Below, piece after piece: positions 1-13,264 of a stretch of 64,000 nt of DNA (position 1 is its first letter; each line of letters opens with the position of its first letter). Position numbers and translations under genes: made by a program. The stretch covers positions 1 to 64,000 of the forward strand of contig NW_021833676.1 in assembly GCF_006345805.1 (NCBI RefSeq), in the 5' to 3' direction. Below the pieces are notes generated by a model. That model searched no databases. It was not told the origin of the DNA and saw only the letters and a program-made list of their open reading frames with translations. The DNA is from Octopus sinensis (Eukaryota).

Positions 1-39
1 TCGCTCGGCGTGCTAACGTTCTGCCATCTCGCCCGCCTT
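1..39 (-). mobile_element. 5' end of tRNA-derived SINE family C, cut by window edge
   Basis: Reverse complement (ggcgggcgagatggcagaacgttagcacgccgagcga) matches the head of the copies at 26677 and 38193. Confidence 0.6.
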
Positions 40-218
40 CTATAGTACAATATAGATAAGGTGTTTTTTTTATGTATCTGTAGAAATGTAACTGTTGAAT
101 TATTAGAAAATTACTATTTTAAATCTTACAACGTGAGATATTCAGCAACAGTACTTTGTAGTAAAGATTGTTTGCCAGCATAACACGGCAGTCTTGTTTA
201 GGACAAATGTTGCTGTAA

Positions 219-438
219 TTTAGCCCTAGTGTCCAGCTGGCTATACGACACGATCTGTGTCCTTATATTTTCAAACAAGGGAATGTAGTACCCCCCACTC
301 AGCGTCACCTCTAGCCGAACAATTATTCTGTGCTGATGAAAGGAAATAACCCGGAAATCACAGATATTGCTTTGAGCTGTATAGGAGTGCTAGATTCCCT
401 TTTACGAAAATATAAGGACATAGGGCGTGTCGTATAGC
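219..438. mobile_element. Inverted-repeat element, possibly Penelope-like terminal fragment
   Basis: Arm 240-272 (gctatacgacacgatctgtgtccttatattttc) is inverted at 406-438. It shares tttagccct...tgtccttatattttcaaa with the hairpin at 58105 and has an internal ctgatga...gaaa motif at 333-357. Confidence 0.45.
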
Positions 439-440
439 TA

Positions 441-620
441 ATGGCGAACTTCTGCTGACTCTTTCGCCACAAATTTCTCTCACTCTTTCCTCCTGCATCT
501 TGCAGCGCACCTGCGACGGACCGGTGTCCCGTTCAGGTGGGGAACCTATACGCCAAGGAAACCTGGAAACCAGCCCTTATGAGCCAGGCATGGCTCGAGA
601 AAGAACAAACAACAACAACA
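441..620 (+). mobile_element. 5'-truncated SINE (family E) with (CAA)n tail
   Basis: The middle domain actctttcgccacaaatttctctcactc is shared with family B. It is followed by cctgcgacggaccggtgtcccgttcagg (V-SINE-core-like) and a simple-repeat tail. Confidence 0.55.
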
Positions 621-701
621 ATACGCACACACACACACACACAACACACACACATATATATATATATATGCACGTATATGCTGTTGCAACCATCTTCCTC
701 T

Positions 702-732
<31 letters not shown>

Positions 733-1377
733 TTAGACACAAGAGAAATACATATATGTATATGAAATGTATTTCTTGGTGTAGGCTGTGTCGACAATAG
801 AAAAACTCCGCAACATATATATGATTATATATATATCCTCTATATCTAATGTGATTACTTAAATATCTATCTTCGGTAGGTTTTAAAGAGTATTTGTCTT
901 TATGTTTTTTTATTCTCTGTACATTGATGCTATTTTATGACACGACAAAACATATTTAGTTAAAAATGATTTGCAATAATGATACGGAAGGCTAACAGAA
1001 AAAAATATACCGACAGATCAATAACACAGGCTCACACACACACAGACACGTACAGAATCAAACGCCCACACAAACACAAGCATTCATGCACGCACACATA
1101 CACATACACGCACGCATACACACGCACACACACAAATACATATATGTATATATATACACTTATGTTGACACAGTGGCAGATGCCAGAACTAAAGAAAAAT
1201 TAGGGTTGTAATTTGGCACACCCCTATACACAAACACCTATTCATACCCACAAAAACAACCAGATGCGAACATACATGCATACATACACAACACACACAC
1301 ACAACACACATCTATAGATATATATATATATATGGTTATTATATTATATGTATATATATAGTATGTATATATATATA

Positions 1378-1422
<45 letters not shown>

Positions 1423-1451
1423 TATTAGTATGATATGTATATATATATATT

Positions 1452-1495
<44 letters not shown>

Positions 1496-2116
1496 TTTAT
1501 TTTACAGATGCATGTATCTATCTTTAAATAAATATGTATATATCTATGTGTATATATGTATATAGGTATATATATATATGAAATTATGTAAACACGATGC
1601 TGTGAAATGGGATTTTTAATATGAATGCACTGATGTTAACATAATTGTCATGTTATCGAATACCTGAAAGAAAATATATGCAACAGTATTTGAATCACAA
1701 CTTACTGGAAATTTAGCAAATCGCAAAATACATACACACAACCATACACACACATGCACGCATAAAGTATGTATGTATGTGTGTATGCATATGGATTATA
1801 TATAGATATTATATATATATATATATTATATATATATGTGTGTATATATATATATACATGCATGTGCATATATATATAGTGTAGATATGTACATAAATAT
1901 GCATGTCAATATATATATATAGATATATATATGTTAATAAGTATATAATATATATATATATATAAATTAATATATAAATATAAATATAAATATGTATATA
2001 TGTGTGTATACATAATACATGTATACATATGTATATATATGTACATAAATATACATGACTAGTATTCATAAATATATACACACAACACACACACCACACA
2101 CTCCTATATATATATA

Positions 2117-2160
<44 letters not shown>

Positions 2161-2329
2161 TATACTCACATTCATATAGTATGGAACAGAAAATAATTAT
2201 AATGCAAATTTTTAGCAATAGATATCCGTTTGTTGAAAGAAAAGAAAAGACAAGAGAGAGGGAATATATTTATCTACTTCAAATTATCACATACATAGAA
2301 TATGCAGGAAAAAAAAACATTAAAAAGGA

Positions 2330-2379
<50 letters not shown>

Positions 2380-2689
2380 ATGATAATAACAATGGCACAC
2401 GAACAGGTACAGTTTTATGCGTATACAGACTGATCTACTCATGTATACATGCATACACACGCAGGCACACACAGGCATATGTATGTTAAATTATAGATTC
2501 AAACTCGTATAGAATGGTATACGATCGTGTATATAGGAATATAAATGTATGCATGCATGCATGTCATAAATATGCGTATATTTATCGGTCTATTTATCTC
2601 CCTGTATAACCCTCAGTTTGCCTGTCTGTCTGTCTGTCTGTCTGTATCTCTCCTTTACTCCTATGTATGTATGTATGCGCGTATGAATG

Positions 2690-2737
<48 letters not shown>

Positions 2738-2747
2738 CATCCATCCA

Positions 2748-2787
<40 letters not shown>

Positions 2788-2992
2788 CATCTGTCTATCT
2801 ATCTATCTAAGCATCTATCTGTCTTTGTATGTATGTATGTGTATGTCTATCTATCTATTTGTCTGTGTATCAGTTTCCCCTCCCTCTCTCTCTATCTCTC
2901 TATATATCAATCAGTCTATCAGTTTCTCTTTCTATCTCTCTCTGTCTAATTGTCCGTTTATCTCACAGTCTATCAGCTTCTCCCTCTGTCTG

Positions 2993-3023
<31 letters not shown>

Positions 3024-3698
3024 TATCTATCTATCAGTTTCTCTCTCTCTCTCTCTGTCTGTTTATCTCTCAGTCTATCAGTTTCTCACTCTGTCTGTCT
3101 GTCTCTCTCTCTCTCTATCTATCTGAGTGTGTGTGTGTGCGCGCGCGCGCGCGTCGTGGTGTGCGCTGCGCGCGCGCGCGTGTGTTGTGCGCGCGCGCGC
3201 GTGTGTGTGCGTGCGTGCTTGCATATATATCTATATATATAATTACAGCATGTCAAAACGTACACGAGATAAGTGATTTAAAACAATTCCATTTGCATAT
3301 CACTTCATCAACGTGCAGTGAAATATAATTCGTCTTTATATATATATATATAGGTGTCTTCCGTAATAATATAGGAATCAGGTAAAAGTTATCTATAAAG
3401 ATAATTAATACTGCAGATTCCAGATATAAGAAGCACAAGAATTACAAAAATAACCACTCAAAAGTTAAACCTATTTCGCTTTCGAGGTGTTATGCGGAGA
3501 AACAATATGGTAACTGAGTGAGAATGACATCGTATTTCTTGTCAATCAAGAGTGAATTCCGGTTTCATCAATGGACACTGAATAACTATGTGCTGTCGTT
3601 ATAATTAGTAGGCATCAACAGGGGCATCTGCATATTGATGTACGCGTTCATTATATCTATGAGTGCGCTTAGGTGATTGTGGGTGGGCGTATCAGCGA

Positions 3699-3731
<33 letters not shown>

Positions 3732-4063
3732 TGTGTGTGTGTATATGTGTGTGTAGAATCATAGAAGCCTTTGAGAAGAAAACGCACAGTGAAACAAGGA
3801 CACGCACGTATCTACGCAAAAGTATTACGCGTTGAGTTTATTTCGCGTTTAAAATTTCTCCCTCTCTACAGGCTACACAATTCATACATCGATACACACG
3901 CCACTCCCCCCACACATATATAGATGACTAAATATATATATATATTATATAATATATATATATAGATATATATATATATCTATATATTATATATAGATAT
4001 ATATGTATATCCACAAGTATAATGTATATATAAATGTTTTCTGCAAACATAAATCTGTGCCTG

Positions 4064-4096
<33 letters not shown>

Positions 4097-4115
4097 ATAT
4101 ATATATATTATATAT

Positions 4116-4155
<40 letters not shown>

Positions 4156-4244
4156 TATTATAGATATGTATGTATATATCTATATATATATATATATATA
4201 TACATACATAATATATATATACATACATACATACATATATGCAT

Positions 4245-4275
<31 letters not shown>

Positions 4276-4840
4276 CACTTATATAACATATGTGTATATA
4301 TATATGTAATTGTATATGTATATATATATATATATATAACATACATACATACATATCTATATACTTATACATATACATATGTGTATATATATATATATAT
4401 ATATATGTTTGGGGCATATGATATATATATTATATATTATATATGTGTGTGTGTGTGAATATATATACATATATATATATATATATATTATTATTATATA
4501 TTATATATATATATATTAAACATTCACATCCGTGTGGGCGGGTGTTCATATATTGTTTTCTTATGCTAAATGAAAATATGTAAAACAAAAGCCAAAAATA
4601 TAATCAAACGAGATTATCTTATTCATAGAATTTATTGAGAAATAATGCCTAATTTACAAATTACATAAGAGAATATACAAATGCCTGTTATCTTTTGAGA
4701 ATGAAGCAGTTGAACTACATACGTTCCAACTTAACGATGTCATTAAAAGTATGATCGATGAGTAAACGTCATTGTTTCCACACGTGTCTCAAAATCTATA
4801 ATTATATAATATTGTATATTTGTCGACACATGCTGATGTG

Positions 4841-4954
<114 letters not shown>

Positions 4955-5230
4955 ATATATATATTTATATAAAGATAGATAGATAGATAAATAGAATGAT
5001 ACATACACACACCACACACACACACATATATATAATATATATATCGATATATATATATATATAGAGAAGAGAGAGAGAGAGATAAATGGATAGAGAGATC
5101 GACAGATAGATAGATGAATTGTCAGACAGCTAGATAAGTATATATAGTTAGTATTAGATAGATAAGAGCTTTCGTGTTCTAATGGAACATATCTTGCAGA
5201 ATCTTTCAAATAATTTTACATGCATGTATC

Positions 5231-5296
<66 letters not shown>

Positions 5297-5589
5297 CATA
5301 CACTTCTATTTCCTTATGCACTATTTTTGACATACACACTCACAGATGAGCATGCAAACACACATATAGCCATACTGATATAGTCTTCGCAAAAGTAGAC
5401 GTACGCTCTTTTGTTACAATTGAAAAATATAAAACATCTCTTGCCCAGATTTAGGACGAGCTTTATTTTTATGCCATTCGTTAGTGCTCTTAACCTTTCT
5501 CCATGGTAAATAACGAAAATGATTGTAGGAAGTGAAATGATAAAGCATGCAAAGTGTTGCTTATATCATATATGCCCCCTATATTTTAA

Positions 5590-5690
5590 GTGTGGCTGTG
5601 TGGCACCTTGGGCAAATGTCTTCTACTATAGCCTCGTGCCGACGAAGGCCTTGTGAATGGATATGGTAGACGGAAACTGAATGAAGCCCG

Positions 5691-5733
<43 letters not shown>

Positions 5734-5827
5734 TATTTATATATATCTGTGTGTGGCTGTGTTTATCCCCCCACCTTCGCTTGACACCCGATTATGATGT
5801 GTTTACGCTCCCGTCACTTAGCGGTTC
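5590..5827 (+). mobile_element. SINE family A, internally deleted and 3'-truncated
   Basis: Colinear with the reverse complement of 10863-11335, including the internal (TA)n/(CA)n tract. Confidence 0.8.
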
Positions 5828-6609
5828 CTTTCTGAATGAAGTGAAATTTCTTAATATTATCGTATAAAGTTTGAGCGACAGGGTAATATTCTTCCATTTT
5901 TAACCTCAAAACTGACTTTTACATCTATCGTTTCCAACCGGTATCCCTACGCCCCACTGATGGGGGTTCATATAAGATTGTTTTTTAAGGAGGAGCGGCT
6001 GACACAAGCAGAAGAGTAACTTGGGTCCACAGAAGTGCCTTCAGTGTCCACGACAATATTCTGCTTCAGACGTATTTATTGCCAAAAATATTAAGTTTTC
6101 TTTCGCCAACGTTTTTATGGAGTTCAGTCTGTACAAGCGAATGTTTAATAAACAAAATAAGTATTTTGAAACAGTTATCTATATCTCTGGTCTTTAAACA
6201 TTGAATGGATGTGGGTGGGGGACACTAGAAAAAGATAATAATAACAGGAGACGATAGGAAATAAATGGTTAAGAACCACGGAAAGAAGTAAACTAAAGTA
6301 ATCGCATGGCCAAACAGGGCAAATCATTTGTTTCATGGAAGGACGTGTCATTTTTTGACAGCCTCGTATACAGCAAAGTTTATTTTAAGAAATTCATTGC
6401 TGTTTGACACTTCACTGAATATGGAAAGTGAATATTAATGGAATGGCTTATTCTTTCAGAGAAGCGTAGAATCCATAGGCATTAATAAGCGACCGGATAT
6501 TGAATACGCGATAAGGATTTTTCATTAGCAAAGGCGGGCGTGCTTTTACAGGAGTTAAACGTGAGGGGTCAAATTAGTCGCAATGACTAATTTGATAAAT
6601 GGTCAGCTA

Positions 6610-6790
6610 AATCGATTAGAATCACAACGGTGATCAATTTAGTTGAAAATTTACATTTCTCGTTATTCAATGTCATATTATATTCACGATCTAAGAATTT
6701 ATATGAATTCATATTATATTCCATAATTGTATCATCACTTATGATGATGTCGGTTGCGTAGGTCTGCATAATCTTTGAATGTCTTACACG
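6610..6790 (-). pseudogene. Degenerate Ty3/Gypsy reverse transcriptase fragment
   Basis: Translation YATDIIISDDTIMEYNMNSYKFLDREYNMTLNNEKCKFST resembles the Gypsy RT segment YxDDIII...LNxEKCxF; the catalytic YxDD has decayed. Confidence 0.5.
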
Positions 6791-7059
6791 AAAACGATAC
6801 ATCATAAATACGTGGGAAAGACACTGCGCTGTAGGGTCAAGACTGTGGAGGAGATCTTTCCCACATGTGACCAATGGCTGTCTTGTTAATATCTCCGAAT
6901 GCCGTGTTGAGCTGTCATTGTAACTGTTCGAAACCAGGGTACTCAACACACATACAAACACACATACACCCCCCCACACACACATACAGCACACATACAT
7001 ACATTGCTTTAAAAATTTTGGCACAAGGCCAGCAATATCTTGAGTGAGGATAAGTCGTA

Positions 7060-7190
7060 TACACCGACCCTGCTCTTCAATACGTACTTAAATTATCGTT
7101 ACTGGAGGGTGGAAGGCAAAACTGACCTCGGCGGAATTTGAAGATTAAGACAGACGGAATGTTAGTAAGTATTTTGCCAGAAATGCTAGT
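7060..7190 (-). mobile_element. Degraded SINE family C
   Basis: ggaaggcaaaactgacctcggcggaatttgaa matches the reverse complement of family C copies. Confidence 0.6.
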
Positions 7191-7399
7191 GATTTTATCA
7201 GCCCACTGCCTCATATACACGCACACACGCACACAGACACACAAACACACATACACGCACGCACACACACATTTACAAATTTTATATCAAGTTATCTACG
7301 TAAGTAATTGCACACGAAACTCAAAGATTAGGGAATAATCGTTAATTGAGACTGATAAAAATCTAGCATGTTGAAAATCTAAGTTACTGACATTTTCTA

Positions 7400-7744
7400 T
7401 GAAGATTGCGCCACGTGACAGTTCGCTGGCGCTGGCTCGTGGAGCCTACCGGTGAGTATTTAAAGGGAAATTTACCAGGGCGACCATTCGCGCGCTGATA
7501 TTCTTCGACGCAGCATCGAAGAAGTCAAATAACAAAATGCAAAGAATAATGAAAAAAAAAAAAAATCGCAGTCAGCACTACAGCTGTGGAACCTCCGGAA
7601 GAGGGGTCCCCCGCTACATCGAAAACGGTAGAGGAGTAGGGGCCGAAACCGGACGTGGTTCCTCCTGATGATGTCCTTAGGCCCTATATCGTATAAAGGA
7701 GTTGTTTAGGTAGCGAACCAGGAAACGTGGTTGGAATTCCTTCG

Positions 7745-7745
<1 letters not shown>
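7400..7745 (+). mobile_element. GC-richer island, probable Penelope-like terminal fragment
   Basis: Contains a hairpin at about 7501-7523, a degenerate hammerhead-like motif at 7588-7662 and a ctgatga core at about 7665, and ends at a (TA)n tract. Confidence 0.35.
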
Positions 7746-7782
<37 letters not shown>

Positions 7783-7830
7783 ATATATATATATGTTATA
7801 TATGTATGTATATATATATATTATATATAT

Positions 7831-7872
<42 letters not shown>

Positions 7873-9765
7873 ATATACATACATATATAATATATAACAC
7901 GCGAACTCAATTGATTAAGAGCAAACTTTTTTTATTCTAACATATTGAATTGTGATAAGATCTGTGTATGAACTTTAAATATCAAGAGCTCTTAGAAACC
8001 CTAAGCTTTATAATCTTTGGAAAGTGGCAACGAAATCGTAGAAATTTACTCTATTGAATTAACAAAACATCTTTTAAATCGAGTAAAGTAAACTACTGCA
8101 AATAAGTATTTCTAGTGACTTTTTTTTTACAATCGACTCTACGTCGATGTTGTATGTCTCTAGACTAACCGACAGAAATATCTTTGCCGAATTCTATTAC
8201 AATACTTTATGTGAAAATTAATTCTTTAAGGATTCTTCGGTTGTAGCATAGGTGCAATACGACTTGTATAGGTAATTTCCGAGCTTGGTCCATTGTGGAA
8301 TGTATGCAGGATGCGCTCTACAAGGCTGCCTCCAAATGCTGCCTTCTGGGTGAATAGTTGCGTTTACGAACAATCGTATTTCTCTAATGTAGGTAAATTC
8401 TCATTATACATGCACACATACACTGGCGAACACGCACGCACAGGCTTGCTTCACAATCACGTTCATTCAAGTTTAGTCACAAGGTGGGGGTGTCATAGGA
8501 TAGCGATTCCTGTTATACCCCTGCACCGACCACTAGCTTTTTAGTTAATTTGCTAAGAGGTATCTATGTGGGAACCCGCATATATATATATATATACATA
8601 TATATGCCCATGTATATACATGCATATATATGTATATACGTGTGTTTATGTGTATGTAGGTATGTAGGCATCGAAGGATATCTATCTGTCTTTCTATCTA
8701 TATACATATATATAAAGAGAGAGAGAGGGGGGGAGAGATAGATAGGTAAATGCATATATGTATGCACTTCGATGCATACATACGTACATACACAATCACA
8801 CACACACACACACACAAACAAGCACACATACACACACTTATATAGGTATATGTATATATTATATATAAATGAGTATGTGTGTATACATATATATGTGTGT
8901 ATGTATGTGTGTGTGTGTGTGTGTGTGCATAAACATTCCTATTCTTGTATCTCTATCAGCATGCGTGTTAATACTCTCACAAACGCACACATAAGAATCG
9001 CGCGCACATATATACACATATATACACACACATAAGACAGCGATCAGAATCTGTAGTGTAGTTTACTTGTTTCTAAATTTAATATTCATAATTACATTTT
9101 CACATTAAATATAAATATAATTTTCATAAGTTTAATTAAATACTAGCGGCATCTATTTATATTTCAAGTTTTACAAATATTTTTATTTCTATTTCGATTC
9201 GTATATTCCTAGATCTCCACAACATTATTCCGTCATGTTAAATATTTTAATTACATCTTTGATTGCCTACCATAGTTTGAATTGTTTAAGTCGTAACTCT
9301 CCAAATCGATTTATTATGTTAAATATTTCAATTATTTTTTCGATATACTTCCATTGTACTTAATTTTCTTTAAGGCGTCAAAATCTTCATTGATTCACTA
9401 TAATAAGGCTTCCAATTACGCCATAACATTCTTTCCATCGTTTTACATAACGTTACGGATATCGGTGATGTCATCTATGTGTCTCTGTACTAAGATTTGT
9501 TTAAACCATATTATTAAAACCTCTGACAAATGCGACACAATGTTGATGCTTTGATTCAGCGTTGCTAGGTTGCATTTAGTTCAAGGTAGACTTCAGATAT
9601 ATTAAGTTTTCTATTCCATTGACTTCGGGGCCAAGAGTTAATGTTCGAAATGTAAAATCGATCACTTCGTCAGGAAATCGAACTCAGAGCATAAAGAATC
9701 GTACTTAATTTCCACGTGATGTTTTTCCTTTTGCTCAACCTTTCATATATGTATGTAGTTTAGAG

Positions 9766-9870
9766 CAGTGCTGCACAAAGCGGTTGTCGGCGGATCGGTG
9801 CCGGTCCGCGAGCCATCAGCGACAGGTGCGCGGGGAGTTTGCAGAAAAGAAAGAAATATTATAAAATGCT
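9766..9870 (+). mobile_element. hAT (Charlie-like) terminal fragment
   Basis: Starts with cagtg and carries GC-rich subterminal cggtgccggtccgcgagcc, resembling Charlie-type ends. Confidence 0.4.
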
Positions 9871-9934
9871 TATGTCATATTGTATTATTTAACAATATAT
9901 ATATACTGTAAATAGGGATTACTGTATAGTAGGG

Positions 9935-10295
9935 TTTCAAGGACAGTTTCAAGGACAGTCTCAAGGTCTCTCTCAAAGACTTCTCCATCGGCACAGAGAC
10001 CTGGGAGACACTTGCTGCCGACCGCTCATCCTGGCGCAGCGCAATCACCACAGGAGCAGGGACAGCCGAGGAGGGACGGATTCGGTCAGCAGAGCAGAAA
10101 CGCCAGATGTGGAAAGCCAGAGCCGCCTGCACCAGTAGCACGGCCCCTACCCACTTCTGCCCCACCTGTGGGAGAGGCTTCCTTGCCCGGATTGGCCTCA
10201 CCAGCCACCTCCGGTCTTATGGCGGCAGTTCCACCAGATGATGTCAGTTGTCATCTTCGAACCCGAAGGACGAACATTATTATTATTATTATTAT
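9935..10295 (+). mobile_element. RTE-clade LINE 3' end (5'-truncated)
   Basis: Plus-strand frame FKDSLKVSLKDFSIGTETWETLAADRSSWRSAITTG...CPTCGRGFLARIGLTSHLRSY is an RTE C-terminus with a C2H2-like finger. It is followed by gtcatcttcgaacccgaaggacgaac and an (ATT)n tail. Confidence 0.85.
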
Positions 10296-10640
10296 AGTAG
10301 GGTTTAAACACAGTAGGAACAGCATATTGACCTACAAAAGGATATTCATAGTTTCCGTGCCAAACACTGTTTCCTTGCCCACAGCTATGTAGATGTACAA
10401 AGTTTTTTTAAGTGTAATGCACAATAACAAAGTTTGGGGATCGTGATATAGAATTTCCTTTTACGAATGAGGCATTTGTTTAATAGTAACAACTCAGCGA
10501 TCATATTTTCTGTTAAGACGTACTAAAAGTCTTGATTGAAACTCATTCAGACTTTTCTAGTATGGCTTAATCAGTTGCCATAAGATGCTTCATTCTTTTA
10601 ACAATAAGATTTTGCTTACAAGGATACAAAATTAGTAAAT

Positions 10641-10862
10641 TATTTTCCGGTTCAGCTGTCCATTTTATTGCGATTTGATGTTCAGACGGACTGCAAAATC
10701 AGTGTGCCTCATAAGAATGGATCGAAACTGTGGAATATTAGGGTGCTATTTCATGCAAGTCGAACAAATAGTTAGGGATATTTTGTAAATAAATTTTCTG
10801 TGACTGAATCAATTATGCCTCATATATAACTTGCTATGTACATAACATAATCTATTATATAT
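10641..10862 (+). repeat. 222-bp direct repeat, copy 1 (abuts SINE 3' tail)
   Basis: Colinear without indels with 11336-11557; 17 mismatches by eye. Confidence 0.95.
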
Positions 10863-11121
10863 ACTCTTTACTCTTTTACTCTTTTACTTGTTTCAGTCAT
10901 TTGACTGCGGCCATGCTGGAGCAGCGCCTTTAGTCGAGCAAATCGACCCCGGGACTTATTCTTTGTAAGCCCAGTACTTATTCTATCGGTCTCGCCGAAC
11001 CGCTAGGTGACGGGGACGTAAACACACCAGCATCGGTTGTCAAGCAATGCTAGGGAGACAACACAGACCACACACACACACACACACATATATATATGTA
11101 TATATATATTATATATATATA

Positions 11122-11170
<49 letters not shown>

Positions 11171-11335
11171 TACGACAGGCTTCTTTCAGTTTCCGTCTAC
11201 TAAAGCCACTCACAAGGCTTTGGTTGGCCCGAGGCTACAGCAGAAGACACTTGCCCAAGATGCCACGCAATGGGACTGAACCCGGAACCATGTGGTTGGT
11301 TAGCAAGCTACTTACCACACAGCCACTCCTGCGCC
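10863..11335 (-). mobile_element. Full-length tRNA-derived SINE family A
   Basis: The minus strand reads ggcgcaggagtggctgtgtggtaag (A box)...ggttccgggttcagtccc (B-box-like), then an internal microsatellite and an (aaagagt)n tail. About 95% identical to 26161-26572. Confidence 0.92.
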
Positions 11336-11557
11336 TATTTTCCGTTTCACCTTTCCCTTTTAATGTGATTTGATATTCAGACGGACTACAAAATCAGTGT
11401 ACTTCATAAGAATGGATCGAAACTGTGGAATATTAGGGTGCTATTTCATGCAAGTCGAGCAAGTAGTTAGGGATATTTTGTAAATAAATGTTCTGTCTCT
11501 GAATCAATTATGCTTCATATATAACTTGCTATGTACAGAACATAATCTATTATATAT
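11336..11557 (+). repeat. 222-bp direct repeat, copy 2 (abuts SINE 5' end)
   Basis: Begins at the base after the SINE's terminal gcgcc; matches 10641-10862. Confidence 0.95.
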
Positions 11558-11774
11558 ATAAATTTTCGCAATGAATTTGGCAAAAGTCTTTATAGTCGGT
11601 TTATGTAGCCTTTCGTATTTAGACCACTTAAAAATAAATGAATGTTATTGACCACTAAAGATCGACTAATGGCACTGTGAGTAATACTAATTTTCAAATC
11701 ACAGTTTAGTGGTTTTCCAATCCTTAACTTTCAATCGCCAAATATATGTGCATCGTTATGCAAGTATATAGACA

Positions 11775-11812
<38 letters not shown>

Positions 11813-11896
11813 TCTCTTTCTTTCTTTCTAGCTATCTATCTTTCAACCTAAGCATACACATGGATAAATGAATATGTATATGTATATATATGCATA

Positions 11897-11947
<51 letters not shown>

Positions 11948-12016
11948 ATACATATATATGTATATACATAGAAATATATAGTATATTGTATATATACATA
12001 TGCATACAAATATATA

Positions 12017-12072
<56 letters not shown>

Positions 12073-12519
12073 TATATACATACATATATACATTATACAT
12101 ACGAATACACAAGCATATTTTTGCATATATATATTATATATATATATACATATGATTTCTCATGACTCATGATAGTCCTCAACACACATACGCTTTCCTA
12201 CACAACCACACACGGGCACTCACTCACACATACACACACATACACAGAAGTTAATGTTTCAAATCTTAACATACATTCAAATTTTTTTAATCTACACTCA
12301 CCTTTTTTTGTTTATTTAGTATCTTTTACACAAGAAATCCGTCCTATTAGATATTCAGCATCATATTTGATATCTCACTTTATAACAACCTCGAATAAAA
12401 TAGGGTTAATCGTTACATCGAGAACATTACACCAAGACATCATAAATATTATCGAAATGTATTAAATATGAATGAGCAGTGCAAAGGAGGGTTTCACATT
12501 GTACTGACAAACTCAAACA

Positions 12520-12822
12520 ACTATTGAAGACGTTTCACTTTTTCAGACAAGAGCTAAGATACATGGCACCATTACGAAACAATTATAAAATTCAGGTGAA
12601 CATACAGAAGAGAAACCTAAGTGTTTCATAGGTTTTTATAACTCTTCACAAATATTGTAAAATATACGATGGCACTAATTTTGTGAACGATGCTCAAAGC
12701 GTCCATTAGACATATTCTTAATGATTTTTCTATTATATTTGATTAAATATCGATGATGCTGTCTTACGTCCATTAACTACGGGAATCTTGAAACAAGTTG
12801 ATCAGTAATATTTCATATATAT
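12520..12822 (+). repeat. Diverged direct repeat, paralog of 19215-19512
   Basis: The core actcttcacaaatattgtaaaatatacgatggca...gctcaaagcgtccattaga is near-identical, with similarity decaying outward. Confidence 0.8.
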
Positions 12823-13264
12823 CCGTACAGAAAAAAAAAAAGAAAAAGGAACTTATACATGAACTTATACGCACATAAAACACACACACACACTCACACA
12901 TAAACACAAACACAAACACATGCACATACACACATGCATACGTACACATACTTATGCATAAAAATGTTTGAGTGTGATGTCATGCTGTTTACTTTCCCAC
13001 GTGCCTACTTAGCAAAATTGCGTCGAGACATCCACTTCTTTCATTATCTGATGACACACGCATATATATACATATCCATAGAAACATACACATACATTTA
13101 TATGCATATACATAGAAACATACACACACACACATATATATATATACATAGAAACATACGCACATACGTATATACATATACATAGAAACACACACGTATA
13201 TATACATAGAAACATACACATACACATATTTACATACCATTTGTGAAGTTTATTGTAGCTTAGT

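Noticed and set aside
1320-1500. Phase breaks within (TA)n tracts as a possible code
   Set aside because: Single-base slips in dinucleotide runs are expected from slippage or long-read consensus error.
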